The notes under the pieces are model-generated. The model saw only the letters and a program-made list of their open reading frames with translations. It did not search any database and had not been told where the DNA came from. This document shows positions 17,169 through 25,105 of a stretch of 48,624 nt of DNA, piece after piece. Made by a program: the position numbers and the translations under genes. The DNA comes from Chloroflexota bacterium (GTDB lineage: Bacteria; Chloroflexota; Anaerolineae; B4-G1), in NCBI GenBank assembly GCA_011048615.1, contig DSDT01000399.1, positions 1-48,624 on the forward strand. The letters run 5' to 3'. Each line of letters opens with the position of its first letter. Positions within the stretch are counted from its first letter, which is position 1.

Positions 17169-19556
17169 TTACGGCTCCAATCGCAGCCGGGTTTCCGCTT
17201 CCTGCTCCACTTGCTCCCGGGTCCAGAGCATGGGCTGGTATTCGCCGTTCAACCACGGTTCGATCAGGTCATCGTAGTGGGGGCTGCCCAGGTGGCCGGA
17301 TTGGCCCGGCGGGAAGGAGAGCACCGAGCGGGACAGGTCTCCCATGTCCACGATTTGGCGGTAGGAGGGGGCCCAGGCCGTCACGTGGTACGGCTCTCGT
17401 GGGCGATAGGCTGTCTGGCAGGGGGTGTCGGTGTCACCGCCGATGGGGTACGGCCCCCGGTTAAAGACCCGGTCCAAGGGCGGTTGGATGCCCAGGGTGT
17501 GGGGGAAGACGGCTCCGTGGAGGCGGCCCCACTGCCATTGGTCCATTTGCATACCCAGGGTCTCGCGCAGCCAGACGATGGCCTCCTCCAGGCTGCGCAT
17601 CAGGAGGGCTTCCTTGCCGCCGGCTTCCTGCACCCAGGGGTCGTCCGGATCGTCCAGCATGCGCAGGGTGGTCACGGTGGAATGGCCGTAGAACTCGGTG
17701 GTGGGGCAGAGGAGGGGGTGGGGGCCCTCGCCCAGCAGTTGGTAGAGGAGGTCCGGTCCCAGGGTTGGGGCGTACAGGTTGTGCAGCAGCCGATGGCGGG
17801 TCACTTCGTACAGCGTGCCGGCGACGCTCTCGGCCGAAAGGTCGCCGTTCCAGGCGCGCAGGTGGTTCAGGGCAGCTTGTACGTCGAGATCGGAGGAGGA
17901 GAGCCCCTGGAGGTGAGCGGCGAACTCGCGGCCGGGGATGCAGTGGAAATCGACGTGCAGCCCGCGCATGTCGGCGTGAGATAGGGCGCCTTGCTCTTGA
18001 AGGGTTTGTTCAAAGACATCCACGATGCGGCGGGCGCGGTAGCCGTTCATCCAGATAGAGCCCAGGTAGTAGGGGTAGTCGTCGGGGATGATACGATGGT
18101 TGCAGGTGACGACGTAGCCCTGCTCCGGGTTGAGGGCGTGGGGCATGTGCTCGAAGGGCACCTCGCCGGTCCACTCATACTCGCCGGTCCAGCCGGGAAC
18201 TGGCACAAGACCCTGTCCCTTGGCCCGCAGCGGCACTCGTCCTGTGACCCAGTAGCCGATGTTGCCGTCCACGTCGGCGTAGGGGACGTTGAGCTGGGGG
18301 GCCTCGATCAACTGCATGGCTGCGACGAACTCGTCCCAATTCTGGGCCTGGTTCAGCTGCAGCCAGCCCTGGACGGCCGGGCAGGGCCGTAGGGCGGTGG
18401 ACTGGACCGCCAGCCGTTGGGCTGGCCAGGCGATCACATCGGAGATGACGGGCCCGTGGCGGGTGACGAGGACCCGCTCGATGTGTGGCTCGGCCCGCCC
18501 TTTGACGGGGATGCTCTCCTCGATGACCTGCACCTCCAGCCACTCGTCCTGGAATTTGTAGCGCGGCGGGTCATCGGGGTGGAATTGTTCTACGAACAGG
18601 TCCTCGCAATCGGTAAAGGCCAGGGTCATGCCCCAGGCGATGCGGGCGTTGTGGCCGACCATCACCAGGGGGACGCCAGGCAGGGAGACGCCGGTGACGT
18701 GAAACAGGTCGTCCTCCGGTCCGGCAGTCAGGTGGACGGCGTACCAGATGGAGGGCATTTGGAGCTGCAAGTGCATGTCGTTGCACAGGGTCGGGGCGCG
18801 GGTCCCCATCTGGCGACCAGACACGGCCCAGCCGTTGGAGCCAAAGCCCTGGCCGAGGAATGGTCCCTGAGCGGCTTGCAGCATACCATCCGGGGTGAGG
18901 CGGTTGAACTCGATAGATTGGGGCAGGGTGATGGGGTTGCGTTCCGGATAGCGGATTTCGAGGTCGGCGGCCCGCTCCGGGCCGAGTTGTTCGATCAGCC
19001 GGGCACGGGCGAGTTCGCTGGTCCATGCGTGGGAGAGGTTCCAGATCATCACCCGGACCCACGCCATGCTGTCCAACGGGCTCCACGGGTCGGGCCGATG
19101 GCGCAGCAGGGTGAACTCGACCGGCAGCCGGTCCCCGGTCCGCTCGAGGAAGGCATTGACGCCGGCAGCGTAGGCCTCTAGCACGCTGCGGACCGTTTCG
19201 TCGGCCTCGTCCAGGTCGGCCTGGGCCAGGCGGTGGAAGCCAAAGGTGCGGGTGAAACGGTCGGTGTCCAGGGCGACGGGGCCGAAAAGTTCGCTCAGGC
19301 GGCCAGCAGCGGTACGGCGGTTGACCTCCATCTGCCAGAGCCGATCCTGGGCGTGGACGAATCCTTGGGCGAAAAATAGGTCGGGTAGGTGGTGGGCATA
19401 GATGTGGGGGACGCCCCAGCGGTCGCGGATGATCTCGACCGGGGCGTGCAGCCCAGGGATGGAAAGCGAGCCGTCGGTCTGGGGCAGGCGGCGGCGGCTG
19501 AGCCAGGTCAGCCCGGCCCGCATGATGGAACCGAGGAGAGCTTGTACAGCAGACAT
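17169..19556 (-). CDS. Penicillin acylase family (S45 Ntn-hydrolase) protein
   Basis: 795 aa. IIRDRWGVPHIYA...FAQGFVHAQDRLWQM and the autoprocessing site GFGSNGWAVSG (nucleophile Ser). Confidence 0.9.
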   Translation of the reverse strand: MSAVQALLGSIMRAGLTWLSRRRLPQTDGSLSIPGLHAPVEIIRDRWGVPHIYAHHLPDLFFAQGFVHAQDRLWQMEVNRRTAAGRLSELFGPVALDTDRFTRTFGFHRLAQADLDEADETVRSVLEAYAAGVNAFLERTGDRLPVEFTLLRHRPDPWSPLDSMAWVRVMIWNLSHAWTSELARARLIEQLGPERAADLEIRYPERNPITLPQSIEFNRLTPDGMLQAAQGPFLGQGFGSNGWAVSGRQMGTRAPTLCNDMHLQLQMPSIWYAVHLTAGPEDDLFHVTGVSLPGVPLVMVGHNARIAWGMTLAFTDCEDLFVEQFHPDDPPRYKFQDEWLEVQVIEESIPVKGRAEPHIERVLVTRHGPVISDVIAWPAQRLAVQSTALRPCPAVQGWLQLNQAQNWDEFVAAMQLIEAPQLNVPYADVDGNIGYWVTGRVPLRAKGQGLVPVPGWTGEYEWTGEVPFEHMPHALNPEQGYVVTCNHRIIPDDYPYYLGSIWMNGYRARRIVDVFEQTLQEQGALSHADMRGLHVDFHCIPGREFAAHLQGLSSSDLDVQAALNHLRAWNGDLSAESVAGTLYEVTRHRLLHNLYAPTLGPDLLYQLLGEGPHPLLCPTTEFYGHSTVTTLRMLDDPDDPWVQEAGGKEALLMRSLEEAIVWLRETLGMQMDQWQWGRLHGAVFPHTLGIQPPLDRVFNRGPYPIGGDTDTPCQTAYRPREPYHVTAWAPSYRQIVDMGDLSRSVLSFPPGQSGHLGSPHYDDLIEPWLNGEYQPMLWTREQVEQEAETRLRLEP

Positions 19557-19592
19557 GGTACCTCCCTTTCAATATTCTTCCGGCTTTGGTAG

Positions 19593-19708
19593 TTCGCGTG
19601 ATCGGCTTAGCAAGCGGTCAATTTTTCGCCACGAATCACACGAATTTTCCCTAATCTTGAGATGTTTCGTGTTAATTCGTGGCCAATCTCTCACCGCGAC
19701 CACGCGAA
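19593..19708. repeat. Nested inverted-repeat array built from CACG(N)GAA / TTCG(N)GTG half sites
   Basis: Outer pair: TTCGCGTG 19593..19600 with CACGCGAA 19701..19708. Inner hairpin: GCCACGAAT-c-ACACGAA (19628..19644) with TTCGTGT-ta-ATTCGTGGC (19666..19683). Confidence 0.6.
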
Positions 19709-19752
19709 ATCAAGAACCATCCTTCCGAATGATTTCTCGTTTCTCCAATCGC

Positions 19753-21069
19753 TCATTCCAACCGCGCCAGCAGCGCTTCCAGTTCGGCCTGGGTGGTGAC
19801 GGAGGCGATGCGCGTCACAAAGGTATGCAGGTCGGGGCTGAGACGGTGCAGCCGTTGGACGGCCGGCCCGATGGGGTCCGCACCGGTGGCGCCCGGCTCG
19901 TCGGCGTAAGCGCCGTGGAAGGCAAAGTAGGCCTGGTTCAGCTTGCGGATATGGTAGCCCTGGGCGACGAATATCTGCCGTCGTTCCTCCATATACTCCT
20001 CGGCCTCCTCGATGTGTCCCCCGGCCAACAGTTCGTCCACCTGGATACGGGTCTCGCGCATTTCCTGGCGATAGTCAAAGGCGGGAGGGGGGGATGGGGC
20101 TTTTTCTGCCAGGGTCTTTTCTTCCGGTTCAGAGTCCGGTTCAGAGGGCAGGAATTCGGGATAGTAGCGGGCCACCGTGAGCCGACCGGCGTCCTGGCCC
20201 ACGATGGAGGCGACGGTCTCGTTGATGGTGCGGGTCTCAGGGGAGGCGGCATAGTCCCAACCCAGTGGTCGGGGACTGAGGTAGTGATGGGTCCACTCGT
20301 GCGCGGTCACGTTGGTCAACCAGTTGAGGGAGCTGGATTCGAGCAGCATGGCGGGGTAAGCGGACAGGCCGCCGATGTTGGTCACCAGCGAAGAGACATC
20401 TTGCGTGGCATCCACCTGTGCTTCGATCTCCTCCCGCTGGGCGGCGTTCAGCCCGTGGCGCAGTCCCAGGCTGAATATCCGTTCGATGCGGTCTCGGGGA
20501 GAGACGATGAGCAGGGTGGGTAGGGGGGTAAAGTGGACGCTGATGGGGGGCAGGATCTGCCCCAGCAGGCCGAATCCCTCGTCCACCAGCACGCAGGCGA
20601 CCTGTTCCTCCAGGATTGCTTCGGCCAGCAGCTGCCGGGCGTCCTCTTCAGCGCGCAGCTCCATCAGTCGAGCCAGCAGATCGGACGTGGCGGCTCGAGG
20701 ATCCTCCACGTCGGGGTCCGTGTATGTGCGGTGAATCTCCCTCTCGGTGTGCTGGATGGCGGAGACCAGGTCGAGGTAATCGAGCAGAAAATCACGGCGG
20801 GCTGGCTCGTCCATGTAGCGCTGGGGAGCGACCAGGGCGTGGGCGAATTTGTTCAACACGGCCTGCACCTCCCAGCCCAGAAAGTCGAACTGTTCTCCCG
20901 CCAACAGATATCGAACTTGGGTGTCGAGTTTGCCGGGCGGAGGAGCTTCGGCGGACAGGCTCAGGAGCAGCGCGACCAGCACCAGGGCCAGGTCCCATCG
21001 CTGGACAGCCCAACTCAGCCAATCTTTGAGGGCCGTGAGAACCTGGACCAGTTTTCGACGATCTGCCAT
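19753..21069 (-). CDS. Membrane-anchored putative zinc metallopeptidase (HEXXH)
   Basis: Start refined to ATG 21069 (MADRRKLVQVL...); the upstream part of the 571-aa ORF is Arg/Pro junk. One N-terminal TM (LALVLVALLLSL). HEXXH in NVTAHEWTHHYL. Confidence 0.6.
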   Translation of the reverse strand: MADRRKLVQVLTALKDWLSWAVQRWDLALVLVALLLSLSAEAPPPGKLDTQVRYLLAGEQFDFLGWEVQAVLNKFAHALVAPQRYMDEPARRDFLLDYLDLVSAIQHTEREIHRTYTDPDVEDPRAATSDLLARLMELRAEEDARQLLAEAILEEQVACVLVDEGFGLLGQILPPISVHFTPLPTLLIVSPRDRIERIFSLGLRHGLNAAQREEIEAQVDATQDVSSLVTNIGGLSAYPAMLLESSSLNWLTNVTAHEWTHHYLSPRPLGWDYAASPETRTINETVASIVGQDAGRLTVARYYPEFLPSEPDSEPEEKTLAEKAPSPPPAFDYRQEMRETRIQVDELLAGGHIEEAEEYMEERRQIFVAQGYHIRKLNQAYFAFHGAYADEPGATGADPIGPAVQRLHRLSPDLHTFVTRIASVTTQAELEALLARLE

Positions 21070-21587
21070 GTGTTCGTATCCAATACCGCTACTCCCGCAA
21101 AGGGCACTGCTTGCCATTCCTTTGTGGTCGGCCACCGGTTTTGCAGGCGGGCCAGGAAGAGGACCAGGAGCAGGCCGTGGGAGACCACGGCCAGGGTCTG
21201 GTGGGGATGGGCGGTTGCCAGGTCTTGAATGCAGTGCTGGACGCGGTCGGCGGCGTGGGAGGCGGTCTCCAGCCCTGCGATGGTGCATTCCGGTTCGGCA
21301 AAAACGCGCGCGATGGTGGCCGGATAATCTTTGACCAATCGCGGACGGCGCAGTTCGTGCAAACAGTCCACCGTTTCCAGGGGGATGTCCCAGCGGCGGG
21401 CGGCTGGTTCGGCGGTCTGTTGAGCTTTGAGCTCGGGACTGGACAGAATCCGGTCTACATGTCGCCAAAAGTCCTGTCGTGCCAGCGTGCTAGCCTCCCG
21501 ACGTCCGCGTTGGGATAGGTCCCATCGCCATGCGGCATCTCCCATCATTTGTGAGCGGGCGTGGCGGATCAGGTAAAGTTGTGCCAT
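21015..21587 (-). CDS. Histidine phosphatase family protein (phosphoglycerate mutase-like)
   Basis: N-terminal LYLIRHARS (RHG-type motif) and a later VVSHGLLL. 190 aa. Confidence 0.8.
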   Translation of the reverse strand: MAQLYLIRHARSQMMGDAAWRWDLSQRGRREASTLARQDFWRHVDRILSSPELKAQQTAEPAARRWDIPLETVDCLHELRRPRLVKDYPATIARVFAEPECTIAGLETASHAADRVQHCIQDLATAHPHQTLAVVSHGLLLVLFLARLQNRWPTTKEWQAVPFAGVAVLDTNTWQIVENWSRFSRPSKIG

Positions 21588-21649
21588 AGAGTGTCCTTGC
21601 GTGACTGTTCAATTGTATCAGACGGTGGACGCTTTGGCAAGCCGCCCAG

Positions 21650-21678
21650 TTGCATAAAATCTCTGCTGTGGGTATAAT
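21650..21678 (+). promoter_or_regulatory. Near-consensus sigma-70 promoter: TTGCAT-17 nt-TATAAT
   Basis: TTGCAT at 21650..21655 and TATAAT at 21673..21678, 44 nt upstream of ATG 21723. Confidence 0.5.
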
Positions 21679-21722
21679 GCCATTCACTGTTTGTCGTGAG
21701 GCGTGTCATCTTGGATCGCTAA

Positions 21723-22718
21723 ATGGAGATTGTTATGCATTTGAAACTGGTGGGATGGTTGGGGGTGCTGGCGTTGTTGGTCTGTTCGACTGGGTGTGGC
21801 TCGCCGTTGGTGACTGCTCCGCCCGCCACTGTGTCCCATTCGATGGGGTCCACCGTCTCTCCACCCTTGGCCGAGCCGACCGCTGCGCCTGTTTTACCAT
21901 CTCCTTCATCAACCCCGGAACCACCTCTGGCGGTGCGGGTCAATGGGCAACCCATTTATTTGGCCGACTATGAGCGGCGGTTAGGGCAGTACGAGGCGGC
22001 GTTGGCTGCCCAGGGGATAGACCCCGGCAGTGCAGAGGGACAGGAGAAATTGGCCCAGCGCCGTGACTGGATTCTCAACGTGATGATTGAGCAGGTTTTG
22101 ACCGAGCAGGCAGCCGGGGCCGCGGGAGTGATCGTCACCGATGAAGGGGTGGACGCCTATTTGCACGATATGATTGCCGAGGTGGGGGGAGATGAGGCGT
22201 TCGAAGCGATGCTGGAGGAGTGGGGGCAGACCAGGGAGGAGGCGCGGGAAGAACTGCGGGTCGAGTTGATCGGGGGGGAGATGGCGCGGCGCATCACCGA
22301 TGCGGTGCCAGAAACGGCGGAGCACGTTCGCGCCCGTCATATCCTGGTGGATACGATGGAAAAGGCGAATCATATTCTGGCTCAACTGCAAGCCAGCGCC
22401 GACTTTGCCGCTCTAGCCCGGGCTCACTCTCTCGACGTCAGCACCCGTGATAACGGCGGTGACTTGGGATTCTTCCCCCGTGGTGTCCTGGTGGCTCCTG
22501 AAGTGGAGCGGGCGGCTTTCGATTTGCAGCCTGGTCAATTCAGCGGTGTAGTGACCAGTGTGTTGGGGTATCACATCGTGCAAGTCGTCGAGCGGGATCC
22601 GGCTCGTCCCCTGAGCGAGGAGAACCGCAACATTTTGAAGGAACGGGCGTTGGCAGAGTGGGTCGAACAGTTGTGGTTAGAGGCGGATATCCAGCGCTTT
22701 GTCGAGACAGAATCTTGA
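21723..22718 (+). CDS. Parvulin-type peptidyl-prolyl isomerase lipoprotein (PrsA/SurA-like)
   Basis: Lipobox LLVCSTGCGS. SurA-N-like helical region. PpiC domain motifs: RARHILV, GGDLGFF, GYHIVQV. Confidence 0.85.
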   Translation: MEIVMHLKLVGWLGVLALLVCSTGCGSPLVTAPPATVSHSMGSTVSPPLAEPTAAPVLPSPSSTPEPPLAVRVNGQPIYLADYERRLGQYEAALAAQGIDPGSAEGQEKLAQRRDWILNVMIEQVLTEQAAGAAGVIVTDEGVDAYLHDMIAEVGGDEAFEAMLEEWGQTREEAREELRVELIGGEMARRITDAVPETAEHVRARHILVDTMEKANHILAQLQASADFAALARAHSLDVSTRDNGGDLGFFPRGVLVAPEVERAAFDLQPGQFSGVVTSVLGYHIVQVVERDPARPLSEENRNILKERALAEWVEQLWLEADIQRFVETES

Positions 22719-22734
22719 ATAAGGAGCGTGGGTT

Positions 22735-23463
22735 ATGGGGAAAAGTCAAGTCCTAAGGGCGGGAGTTGACGGAAGAACGCGAGTCTACAACGTGGTGACC
22801 GTCGTCATGCTCGTGGCTACAGTGCTCACCCTGTGCTTTTACGGCGTGGTGGGTCTCGACATTTTTAATCCGTTTGCACCATCTGTGCCTCCAACCTTGG
22901 CCGTTCTGCCTACGCCGACGATCACTCCCACATCGAGGATCCCCACCTGGACCCCGACCAGGACGCCTACCATCACCCCTACTCCCGGCCCTACCAACAC
23001 GCGCACGCCTACGTTGACACCGTCGGCCACACCTACTTTTCCGCCCACGCCTACACCGCCCTCAACAGCTACTGAAACCCCTCGGGCGACCCGCTCCCTG
23101 TGGCCCTTTACTCACGAGGTAAACCTGGGAACACCCCCGTATGGGTGTAGTTGGACCGGGGTTGCAGGTCATGTGCAGGACCTGGACGGCAATCCGCTCG
23201 TCGGGTATCCGGTGCACGTATGGGGGGGGGGCATTGATCAGGTCGTTTCTTCCGGGCAGGACGCACGATTCAACACTATCTATGGCAACCAAGCGGCCTG
23301 GGAGCAGTTCTTTGACGGGCGCGTCAAGCCCATTCAAGTACGTGTACAGCTTCACGATCCGTATCGCAGTGATCACCCGCCCATTTCCGACGAAGTTGTC
23401 ATTGATCTGCCCGGGTTCTGTGGTGGAGCCTTGGGCTATGTGGTGTTCACCCAGAATCACTAG
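22735..23463 (+). CDS. Membrane-anchored hypothetical protein with a Pro/Thr-rich linker and an unassigned C-terminal domain
   Basis: One TM (VVTVVMLVATVLTLCFYGVVGL). A ~64-aa PT linker (nt ~22888..23080). A ~130-aa C-terminal domain with no motif I recognise. Confidence 0.6.
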   Translation: MGKSQVLRAGVDGRTRVYNVVTVVMLVATVLTLCFYGVVGLDIFNPFAPSVPPTLAVLPTPTITPTSRIPTWTPTRTPTITPTPGPTNTRTPTLTPSATPTFPPTPTPPSTATETPRATRSLWPFTHEVNLGTPPYGCSWTGVAGHVQDLDGNPLVGYPVHVWGGGIDQVVSSGQDARFNTIYGNQAAWEQFFDGRVKPIQVRVQLHDPYRSDHPPISDEVVIDLPGFCGGALGYVVFTQNH

Positions 23464-23480
23464 AGCACTCGGGGGTAGAT

Positions 23481-24218
23481 GTGACAGAGAAACGAGTGGC
23501 CACAGGGATTAAAGGGCTGGACGAGATGCTGGGCGGTGGGTTTTTGCCTGGTTCGATGGCGTTGGTGCGCGGTGCTCCAGGCGCCGGCAAGACCTCGCTA
23601 GCTCTCCAATTTCTCATCCACGGTGCGACCAAACAGAACGAGATCGGTCTGTTGATCTCGTGTGAAGAGTTTCCCAACTCTTTGTATCGGGATGCAGATA
23701 CGCTAGGCTGGGATCTGAGAGGATTGGAGGCGAGTGGCAAACTCCATTTGATGTTCACGTCGCCCAAGGTCTTTCACGCCAGTCTCCAGTCTCCCGACAG
23801 CCACCTCAACAAATTGCTCCTGGAGGCGAACGTCCAGCGCCTGGTGCTGGACAGCATTTCTCACTTTGATCGCCTCACCCACGACGCGTACGAGCTGCGT
23901 CACATCTATACGTCGGTGGTCAATGGATTGCGGCGGGAGGGGATCACGGCCGTGTTGTTGGGGGAGGAAGGCCGGGCGATGTATCAGCGGGCTTTCAAAG
24001 GGGGGATTTCATTTATCGTGGATGCCATCATCATGCTGCGCTATGTCGAGGTCGAAAGCGCTATGCAGCGGGCCATCGCTGTGCTCAAGATGCGCGGTTC
24101 TGATCACGCGAAAGAAATTCGCCGTTACGAGATCAGGCATGGCGGTCTCGAGATCATGGATGTCTTTGAGGGACGTGAAGGTCTGCTGAGCGGCAGTTCT
24201 CACCGCGCTTTGCCGTAA
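23481..24218 (+). CDS. Single-domain KaiC/RadA-like RecA-superfamily ATPase
   Basis: GIKGLDEMLGGGFLPGSMALVRGAPGAGKTSLALQF (Walker A). Walker B-like RLVLDSIS. C-terminal AIAVLKMRGSDHAKEIRRYEI, as in KaiC-family proteins. GTG start. Confidence 0.8.
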   Translation: MTEKRVATGIKGLDEMLGGGFLPGSMALVRGAPGAGKTSLALQFLIHGATKQNEIGLLISCEEFPNSLYRDADTLGWDLRGLEASGKLHLMFTSPKVFHASLQSPDSHLNKLLLEANVQRLVLDSISHFDRLTHDAYELRHIYTSVVNGLRREGITAVLLGEEGRAMYQRAFKGGISFIVDAIIMLRYVEVESAMQRAIAVLKMRGSDHAKEIRRYEIRHGGLEIMDVFEGREGLLSGSSHRALP

Positions 24219-24259
24219 CTCGGGCGGACCGGCATCGTACCTGTGGTTTCAGTGTCCCC

Positions 24260-25105
24260 ATGGGCACACTTTACCTGGTTGGAACCCCAATTGGCAACCT
24301 GGAGGATCTCTCTCTCCGCGCGTTGCGGGTGCTCGAGGAAGCAGCGCTCATTGCCGCTGAGGATACCCGCCGCGCTCGCATCCTCACCCAACACTATCAG
24401 ATTGAAGCCTCGATTACCAGTTACTTTGAAGGCAACAAGCTGACAAAGCTGGACCTGGTGCTGGACGCGCTGGATGCCGGGGATGTGGCCCTGATCTCTG
24501 AGGCGGGGATGCCCGGGCTTTCTGACCCGGGCTACGAATTGATCCGCGCCGCCATCGAACGGGGATTTCACGTGACTGCCATCCCCGGCCCCTCGGCGCC
24601 GGTGACGGCGTTGGTTCTTTCCGGTTTGCCCAGTGACAGCTTTCTCTACCTGGGGTTTTTACCCCGCCGCCAACAGGAGCGTCGCAAGCTGCTGTCTCAA
24701 GTGGCTCGTCACCCCTATACCCTGATCCTGTTTGAGGTTCCCCACCGGCTGCGCAAGAGCCTGGCCGACGTCGAGACGGTGCTGGGCGACCGGCCCGTGG
24801 CTGTCTGCCGTGAGCTGACCAAGTTGTACGAGGAGGTGTGGCGGGGGACCGTCTCCGGGGCGCGGGCCTACTTTGACGAGGTCAAGCCCCGGGGCGAGTT
24901 CACCCTCGTCATCGGCGGGGCACCGGAGGAGGAGGCCTATTGGGATGTGGAGCGGGTGGAGCGGACTCTGGGAGAGCTGCTAGCCCAGGGAGTGAAGCGG
25001 TCGGACGCGGCTCGCCGCGTTGCAGCTCTCTCCGGCTGGCCCCGCTCAGAGGTCTATGCGCTGGGATTGGGCCTGGATGGGGAACGGGACAGTGAGGGGG
25101 ATTGA
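24260..25105 (+). CDS. rsmI: 16S rRNA (cytidine1402-2'-O)-methyltransferase
   Basis: GTLYLVGTPIGNLEDLSLRALRVLEEAALIAAEDTR. Tetrapyrrole-methylase fold, 281 aa. Confidence 0.9.
   Translation: MGTLYLVGTPIGNLEDLSLRALRVLEEAALIAAEDTRRARILTQHYQIEASITSYFEGNKLTKLDLVLDALDAGDVALISEAGMPGLSDPGYELIRAAIERGFHVTAIPGPSAPVTALVLSGLPSDSFLYLGFLPRRQQERRKLLSQVARHPYTLILFEVPHRLRKSLADVETVLGDRPVAVCRELTKLYEEVWRGTVSGARAYFDEVKPRGEFTLVIGGAPEEEAYWDVERVERTLGELLAQGVKRSDAARRVAALSGWPRSEVYALGLGLDGERDSEGD

Noticed and set aside
22888-23080. Repetitive-looking DNA (ACNCCN periodicity) that could be mistaken for a tandem repeat or CRISPR-like array.
   Set aside because: It is in frame inside a CDS and simply encodes a Pro/Thr-rich linker. 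There are no unit repeats or spacers.
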